64,000 bases of DNA from a virus (Duplodnaviria > Heunggongvirae > Uroviricota > Caudoviricetes), in IMG/VR virus record IMGVR_UViG_3300024269_000002; one strand, 5' to 3'. The notes beneath the pieces were generated by a model. The model searched no databases. It saw nothing but the letters and a program-made list of their open reading frames with translations, and was not told the DNA's origin. The position numbers were made by a program, and so were the translations under genes. Positions 58,517 to 64,000 of the stretch are shown one piece after another (the first letter of the stretch is position 1; each line of letters begins with the position of its first letter).

Positions 58517-59200
58517 ATGAAACGCTATATGATTGAAGTTGTCCCTAAGTTTGAACAGAATCCTACACAAGATGATTTTGATGTCATTTGTGCAGAACTT
58601 GTTACAGCTGTTGATAATCTGTGCAATAACAACAAAAGATCTTTTCATGTTATGTATCCTCTTCAGGAAGATATAGATAAAGGTAACTATCATTATCGGA
58701 TTCATATCCTTGTCAATAGTGAGAGTGAGTTACGCTCCTCTACTCTCTTTGATCTTTTGAATCCCATCCATCCTCTTGTTCTGATTAACTTGCAGGAAAG
58801 TAGATTCTGTATGAGAGCAGGGGATGGTGTGCATTGGTATCACGAAGGTGAGACAACTTACTATGATGGTGGTACCTATACTAGTCCTAACTATGATCTG
58901 TATATCAACGGCAAGACACACTATACTGTACAATATGTTCCTCTTGCAATTCGGAGTATGTATGATCGAGATAAGAAACGCTACGAAGGCGTAACCTATA
59001 TGTGGCGGTGCACTGGCTGTTGGGATAACTTTATGCAAGCGACAACACTAGATGAGGCGCTTGTTGAATTTGAAGATTACTACTACAAGTTGCTATGGAA
59101 GGCTGTTGAGGGTACTAGAGAGCATCTTAGGGAAGCCGAAGATAACTTCAAACAGTTTGTTGAATATCAGATGTTTACAAGACGTGGAGGCCAGAAATGA
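58517..59200 (+). CDS. Hypothetical protein
   Basis: Promoter at 58453, GAGGAGGAG RBS. Confidence 0.75.
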   Translation: MKRYMIEVVPKFEQNPTQDDFDVICAELVTAVDNLCNNNKRSFHVMYPLQEDIDKGNYHYRIHILVNSESELRSSTLFDLLNPIHPLVLINLQESRFCMRAGDGVHWYHEGETTYYDGGTYTSPNYDLYINGKTHYTVQYVPLAIRSMYDRDKKRYEGVTYMWRCTGCWDNFMQATTLDEALVEFEDYYYKLLWKAVEGTREHLREAEDNFKQFVEYQMFTRRGGQK

Positions 59201-59445
59201 CTCGTAACAGATTTATCAAACTTCTGATGTCAAGAGGCTGCCCTCGAAATGCAGCAAATACTATTGCTGATGAAGCAAGCGAAACATCTTACATCAGTTA
59301 CTACAAAAGAATGTTATTCAGTACAAGTCCTTTTCATCCTTATGTTGATTACACAATATATTCAGATGGTAAGGTTGAATGTATTGTAGGAGACTATTAT
59401 GATTCAATCAGAGATTACATTACGAGAAGCAATCAAAGCTGTTAG
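59197..59445 (+). CDS. MTRxRFxKLLM-family small protein
   Basis: Paralog of ORFs at 57550 and 57722. Confidence 0.65.
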   Translation: MTRNRFIKLLMSRGCPRNAANTIADEASETSYISYYKRMLFSTSPFHPYVDYTIYSDGKVECIVGDYYDSIRDYITRSNQSC

Positions 59446-59737
59446 TGCTTTTCTACCTATCAAGATAATTGTTAATAACTGTGTGCTTTACAATGATTAT
59501 GATAGTGAGATCGTTGTTGATCAGTTAGAAGATGGTTCTTTCATTTTTGGAGAGAAGAATCCTCCTGAAGATGTTGTACCCAATCGTCTTTGGCAATTTG
59601 ACAATTATCTTGTAACTGATGTTACTGTTGGCATTGTACAACATCATCACAGTATAGTAAGTATTACTGCACATTATTCAAAAGAACTGGAAGTGAAAAA
59701 CAATGAGGGAAGTTGTAAGAGTCAAGAAAATTCCTGA
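59399..59737 (+). CDS. Hypothetical protein
   Basis: AGGAG RBS. Confidence 0.6.
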   Translation: MIQSEITLREAIKAVSAFLPIKIIVNNCVLYNDYDSEIVVDQLEDGSFIFGEKNPPEDVVPNRLWQFDNYLVTDVTVGIVQHHHSIVSITAHYSKELEVKNNEGSCKSQENS

Positions 59738-60152
59738 GCATGAAGTTACTCAGCGATGGTATATTGCGGAAGACGGAACTGAATTTGCAAGAGAACAAGA
59801 CTGTGTAAGATATGAGAAGAATTGTGTAATTCAAGCTCATCCTGTTTTCAAAACTTGTATAACTGGATGTCACACGTTTGATGAATGTTACGGTATGGTT
59901 CTATATCATCTAAGAAACGATGAAGATCATGAGTTTTTGTTGAGTACTTTCACTGATCGCCAGAAGATTCATTTTGCTGATGAGTATGAAAAGTACGGAC
60001 CTGGTTGGTACATGTACTATTCGGAATCCGGAGACTATATCTATGACATCTCCAATCTACGAAACTTCGAACATTACTTGGAAGAAACACGAGATGATTT
60101 CAACAGATGGGAAGATGAAATCATTGAGAAGATGCGAAAAGCACTTAGATAA
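59703..60152 (+). CDS. Hypothetical phage protein
   Basis: YIAEDGTEF....C..YE motif. Confidence 0.7.
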   Translation: MREVVRVKKIPEHEVTQRWYIAEDGTEFAREQDCVRYEKNCVIQAHPVFKTCITGCHTFDECYGMVLYHLRNDEDHEFLLSTFTDRQKIHFADEYEKYGPGWYMYYSESGDYIYDISNLRNFEHYLEETRDDFNRWEDEIIEKMRKALR

Positions 60153-60171
60153 CTAACATGAAAATATAAAT

Positions 60172-60205
60172 AAATGACGCTACATTTTCTGTAGCGTCAT
60201 TTTTT
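60172..60205 (+). terminator. Intrinsic terminator (paralog at 62452-62485)
   Basis: AAATGACGCTACA-TTTTC-TGTAGCGTCATTTTTT. Confidence 0.85.
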
Positions 60206-60289
60206 GCTTGTCCCGATACTATCCAGAGGAAATTTCTGTATATCAGAAAAGTCGTTGTATATATGATTATAGGACGAAAGGAGATATTC

Positions 60290-60616
60290 ATGTATCTAGC
60301 ATTCAATTCTAGGGTATATTTTCATGAGTCAATATCTCCTGAAGATACAGATGTGCTGTGGATACAAGCATCACCGATTGATAGAATTGTTCCCACATCA
60401 AGTTTGTTAGTCGATTCCGATACTGATTTTGTTGAAGAATCAAAACAATTGTTATCTATTTATGATTTTGAGATAATTCCTCAAGTAAAAATCTTTTCAG
60501 CTGAATCACAGGATTGGGAAGTATGCGTTGGAGCATACACACTTGTATCAAGTGATGGTTATATTTTGAAAGCTTCTGAGGGAGCGTACTTGATAACAAA
60601 GAAAGGAGATTACTAA
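60290..60616 (+). CDS. Putative virion adaptor protein (cassette 1)
   Basis: AAGGAG RBS; paralog of 62596-62967. Confidence 0.65.
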   Translation: MYLAFNSRVYFHESISPEDTDVLWIQASPIDRIVPTSSLLVDSDTDFVEESKQLLSIYDFEIIPQVKIFSAESQDWEVCVGAYTLVSSDGYILKASEGAYLITKKGDY

Positions 60617-62262
60617 TGAGCACAAGGGAAGAATATCAGTTATCTCTTACTGCACAAGAGATTGACGATAAACTAAGAACATCAGTCCTTTACACCGAAC
60701 AGGTTTTGACCGATGAACAGAAAGCACAGGCAAGGGCGAATATTGGGGCTGCTGACGAAGAAGCAATTTGCGATAAACTGACCGTCCACAAATTTGTAAA
60801 CCTGTATGACAAAGATTCAACAGAAAATGAGGACGGCGGATACTATGCGGCAACCCCTGCCGTATTTGAGTGGAAAGTAAGCGCCAACCACAGGGAAACC
60901 CATTTTATTCCCTGTAAACCACAAACTGCATACAGTTTTTCCGCATGGGTAACATCAGCCTTTAGTGGTTGGCATGTTGGTTATTTTGATAAGGATAAGA
61001 ACTACATAACAGGTACTTCTTCAGGTCACGGTAATACCTATATAACAACGCCAAAAAATGCTTGTTATTTCCGGGTGGGTATTAGTAAAACCTACTTTGA
61101 TAAATTGTCTATCGTTGAGGGCAAGGTCGCACCGCCCCACTATTTGCCCTACAATCAAGAGGCGGTAGGTACTACAGTAAATCCCTATTTTAACGATTTG
61201 TTCGTAAATGGCGAGAGTGTAAAAACAAAGTTTGCCGATATGGGCGGTGCTTTGGGAGATTTGCAGACGGAAACCGAAACTCTAAAGGGTCAAGTTGAGG
61301 AACTGCAAACCGGCACAGAGGACACTGATTCCCCAAGCGGCGTAACCTTGCCCTTGAATATTTCCGGCATCTATACCAGTGCCGCAAGTACGGACTTCTT
61401 CCCCAACCTTGCCGCAATCTATACAGCATATGACCAATTTTTGACACAGAAGAATGTGACCAAAAAGGTTATAGGCTACGGCTCAAAAGCGGATGGCACA
61501 GAAGATACCACACTTCCCATTTATGCCTATACTATCGGCAATCCCATTTCCGGGGATGTAAAGGACTGCCCCAAGGTGTTGTTAACATCGGGCATACACG
61601 CCGACGAAAAAACCGCAATCATGGGATTATATAACTTTGTGGCAAGCCTGTTTGACAGCACCAACGAAAACGGCACAGCACTACGGAACGCATTGACCTT
61701 TGAAGTTGTACCTTGCATCAATCCGTGGGGGTATGACAATACAACCACAAACAACGAGGGCAGACTTAACGCAAGGGGCGTAAATATCAATCGCAACTTT
61801 GGCAACAACTGGGAAATCAAAACCGATAACGACAAAGGGTCTGCCCCCTATTCCGAATTGGAAACCCAAGCATTAAAGGCGTGGATTGAGGATAATGCAG
61901 ATGCACTCTTGCATATCGACTGTCATAACCACAACTATCCTAGAGAAACGCATATTTTCTATATGGCTTCTGATTCAGACAAGCAGAAGAAGATTTTTTC
62001 CGGCACACTTAGAAAGATTATGCCCCATGTAAATACCGCTTTTGGGGTAGACCTTTCTACAAGAAGTCATTTTGTGGAGCGAAACACAATCCCCGGTGTA
62101 TGTGCAGAAAGTTATGTATTCCATAATATCGACGGCGGTATTATCGAAACACCCTACCAAACCGCATACGGTGGAACTTGTGCGGATGGTGGCTTTATTA
62201 CACCTACCGCCGATGTGATTGGCAACTATCTTATTGAAGCCATCAAAAATGTAAGACACTAA
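60616..62262 (+). CDS. Tail-fibre-like protein with M14 zinc carboxypeptidase domain
   Basis: Q.LT.EQKAQARANIGA fibre motif; GIHADE, INPWG, NINRNF, SELET.A, IDCH. Confidence 0.8.
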   Translation: MSTREEYQLSLTAQEIDDKLRTSVLYTEQVLTDEQKAQARANIGAADEEAICDKLTVHKFVNLYDKDSTENEDGGYYAATPAVFEWKVSANHRETHFIPCKPQTAYSFSAWVTSAFSGWHVGYFDKDKNYITGTSSGHGNTYITTPKNACYFRVGISKTYFDKLSIVEGKVAPPHYLPYNQEAVGTTVNPYFNDLFVNGESVKTKFADMGGALGDLQTETETLKGQVEELQTGTEDTDSPSGVTLPLNISGIYTSAASTDFFPNLAAIYTAYDQFLTQKNVTKKVIGYGSKADGTEDTTLPIYAYTIGNPISGDVKDCPKVLLTSGIHADEKTAIMGLYNFVASLFDSTNENGTALRNALTFEVVPCINPWGYDNTTTNNEGRLNARGVNINRNFGNNWEIKTDNDKGSAPYSELETQALKAWIEDNADALLHIDCHNHNYPRETHIFYMASDSDKQKKIFSGTLRKIMPHVNTAFGVDLSTRSHFVERNTIPGVCAESYVFHNIDGGIIETPYQTAYGGTCADGGFITPTADVIGNYLIEAIKNVRH

Positions 62263-62595
62263 CGAACCACAAAAGCACCATCCTCCGGGGTGGTGACAAT
62301 AACACGGAGGTAATGTAATGTACCACAGTTAAAAGAAAGGCGGCGTGTATTGATACTCACAACTCAACATAAAAAACGATTTGTCTTCACGCACACTATA
62401 CGAAAATAACAAGATAACCTCCAAAAACCTTTTACATATACTTGAGAACATAAAAATGACGCTGTCAACTTACAGCGTCATTTTTATATGCGGTACTTTT
62501 CTGTAAATTTATGTATTTCTACTTGGTTGATCCAAACTTTGAATTACTGTATATATTACTGTTCTGAAGTCTATGTAGAAAGGAAACAGACGAAT

Positions 62596-62967
62596 ATGGT
62601 GTATATTGCATTGCCACAAAAAACACATATACATACAACAACAGAACCTGTTGATAAAGAGTGTTTGTGGGTATTGAGTGAGCCAAGTGAAACTATCAAG
62701 ATTGATACTGAAGTCAGTCATGTTTCAGATGGTCTCGATGCTGCAGACTATCCATTTGTGGTAACTAATCCTGAAGTACATACTGTTTATGGATTCAATG
62801 TTGTTCCAACTGTTAAGTATTATAGTGCTTCAACATCTTGTTGGGAACAAGTATCTAATGAAACAGTTAGTTCTTGGATTCTTCCCTATGTTAATTCAAT
62901 GGGAGCTGTTGTAGTTCGGCAAGCATATCAAACAAGTAAAACAAATAGAATTCTGGAGGTTAGATAA
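62596..62967 (+). CDS. Putative virion adaptor protein (cassette 2)
   Basis: AAGGA RBS; paralog of 60290-60616. Confidence 0.65.
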   Translation: MVYIALPQKTHIHTTTEPVDKECLWVLSEPSETIKIDTEVSHVSDGLDAADYPFVVTNPEVHTVYGFNVVPTVKYYSASTSCWEQVSNETVSSWILPYVNSMGAVVVRQAYQTSKTNRILEVR

Positions 62968-63905
62968 TGGCTGACGTTGTATTAAAGAACGAAGCTGGTG
63001 AAGACGTAACCTATTCTGGTGTTGCAGGAATCAACTTGCTCAACGCCGATGGTACTACTTCAACATTTACTCAAGATAACTGTATCTGCAACAAGGGTGC
63101 TGTTCCTTATGGTAAGGAGTTGCCTTATACTTGGGCAGAACTTTCTGAAATTGTTAAGACTGGTGACTTCACTGGTATCAACATCGGAGATTACAAAACA
63201 ATTACATTAGATGGTGGCGAAACAGTTGTATGTGAAGTTGCGGGTATTGATACTTACTACAATCGTGGATATGAAAATGCTCCAGGTTCTGGTTATTATC
63301 CCTGCGACCAACATCATATTGATTTCATTAGTAGAGATTGTTTAACCACAACTGATTATGTAATTTACAATGATGTACATGAGGATCCAGAAACAGGCGA
63401 CTGGATTGTGTCTAATAACGGCACTTCAGCGCAGAAGAATCCATTTATGGCTTCTCAGTTGTATCAAACATTGAACAATACAACCGATGGTTTGATTACA
63501 AAGTTGCCTGCTGATCTAAGAAACATAATTATCAATAAACAAGCTTACATGGAAGCAAGATATTCTTCTTCTGCATTGCTTGATAAAAATTCAGGAATGA
63601 CTTGGTGCAATATGGGACCGTTGTGGCTTCCTACAGAGTTTGAAGTTTGGGGAAGACACACATACAGCGAAGCTGGTCCTAACGGAGTTAACAGTGGTTG
63701 TAACATTCAGTATCCAATCTTTAAGAATGGATTACAGCATATCCTGAAGGGATATGGAAACGCTGGCGTAGTCGGCGCCTGGTGGCTGGCGTCTGCGGCT
63801 GTTGGTTTCTCCGACAGTTTCTGCTGTGTCGGCAGCGACGGTTATGCCGGCTACGACACCGCGGACTTCTACTGTCTTGTGCCGCTGTGCTTCCGAATCG
63901 GTTAA
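62967..63905 (+). CDS. DUF6273-like C-type-lectin-fold receptor-binding protein, probable DGR target
   Basis: IGDYKTITL, LWLPTE.EV.G, QYPIF, WWL.S......FC.V...G......A.....VPLCFRI. Confidence 0.8.
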   Translation: MADVVLKNEAGEDVTYSGVAGINLLNADGTTSTFTQDNCICNKGAVPYGKELPYTWAELSEIVKTGDFTGINIGDYKTITLDGGETVVCEVAGIDTYYNRGYENAPGSGYYPCDQHHIDFISRDCLTTTDYVIYNDVHEDPETGDWIVSNNGTSAQKNPFMASQLYQTLNNTTDGLITKLPADLRNIIINKQAYMEARYSSSALLDKNSGMTWCNMGPLWLPTEFEVWGRHTYSEAGPNGVNSGCNIQYPIFKNGLQHILKGYGNAGVVGAWWLASAAVGFSDSFCCVGSDGYAGYDTADFYCLVPLCFRIG

Positions 63906-63915
63906 TCTGAATAAT

Positions 63916-63939
63916 CCCGACTCCCTAAGTGGAGTCGGG
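63916..63939 (+). other. GC hairpin after putative DGR variable region
   Basis: CCCGACTCC-CTAAGT-GGAGTCGGG, no T-tract. Confidence 0.6.
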
Positions 63940-64000
63940 CCTTGTAAAACAAATATGAAAAATTAAGGTTATAAGAAATTAGGAGAAAACTTGTGAGTGT

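Noticed and set aside
63762-63905. DGR template repeat or reverse transcriptase within this window
   Set aside because: No AAC-rich copy of the variable region and no RT motif found; they must lie outside the window if present.
1-64000. Genome-wide stop-codon reassignment
   Set aside because: Long genes are intact under code 11, TAG and TGA end several genes before terminators or RBSs, only one in-frame TAG was noticed, and no CTA or TCA anticodon tRNA is present.

Overview
This window is a 64-kb segment of a large, AT-rich dsDNA phage, probably infecting a Firmicute (sigma-A-type promoters, strong Shine-Dalgarno sites). Essentially all genes are on the + strand. It contains: (i) a nucleotide/metabolic block (vWA fragment, PurA-like ligase, AAA_28 kinase, dNMP kinase, radical SAM enzyme, HAD, PRTase) that includes six paralogs sharing an N-terminal R-x-x-x-FETNSSS(T/S)H motif; (ii) an RNA-rich region (9.4-33.3 kb) with 33 assignable tRNAs covering all 20 amino acids plus 3 aberrant tRNA-like genes, a Ro60/TROVE gene followed by five Y-RNA (YrlA-like) genes and a sixth distal copy, each with the same scaffold but a different tRNA-derived insert, a ~700-nt ROOL-like giant RNA, several CCA-ended non-tRNA RNAs, and a probable RNase toxin/CPCC immunity pair; (iii) a two-subunit type II topoisomerase, DUF932, SPFH proteins, an HD alarmone hydrolase and many small Zn-ribbon ORFs; (iv) two paralogous virion cassettes, one ending in an M14 peptidase protein and one in a probable diversity-generating retroelement target. 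The most notable system is Ro60 plus a modular tRNA-mimic Y-RNA array embedded among structurally altered tRNAs. All family calls come from motif recognition and manual folding; no searches were run.
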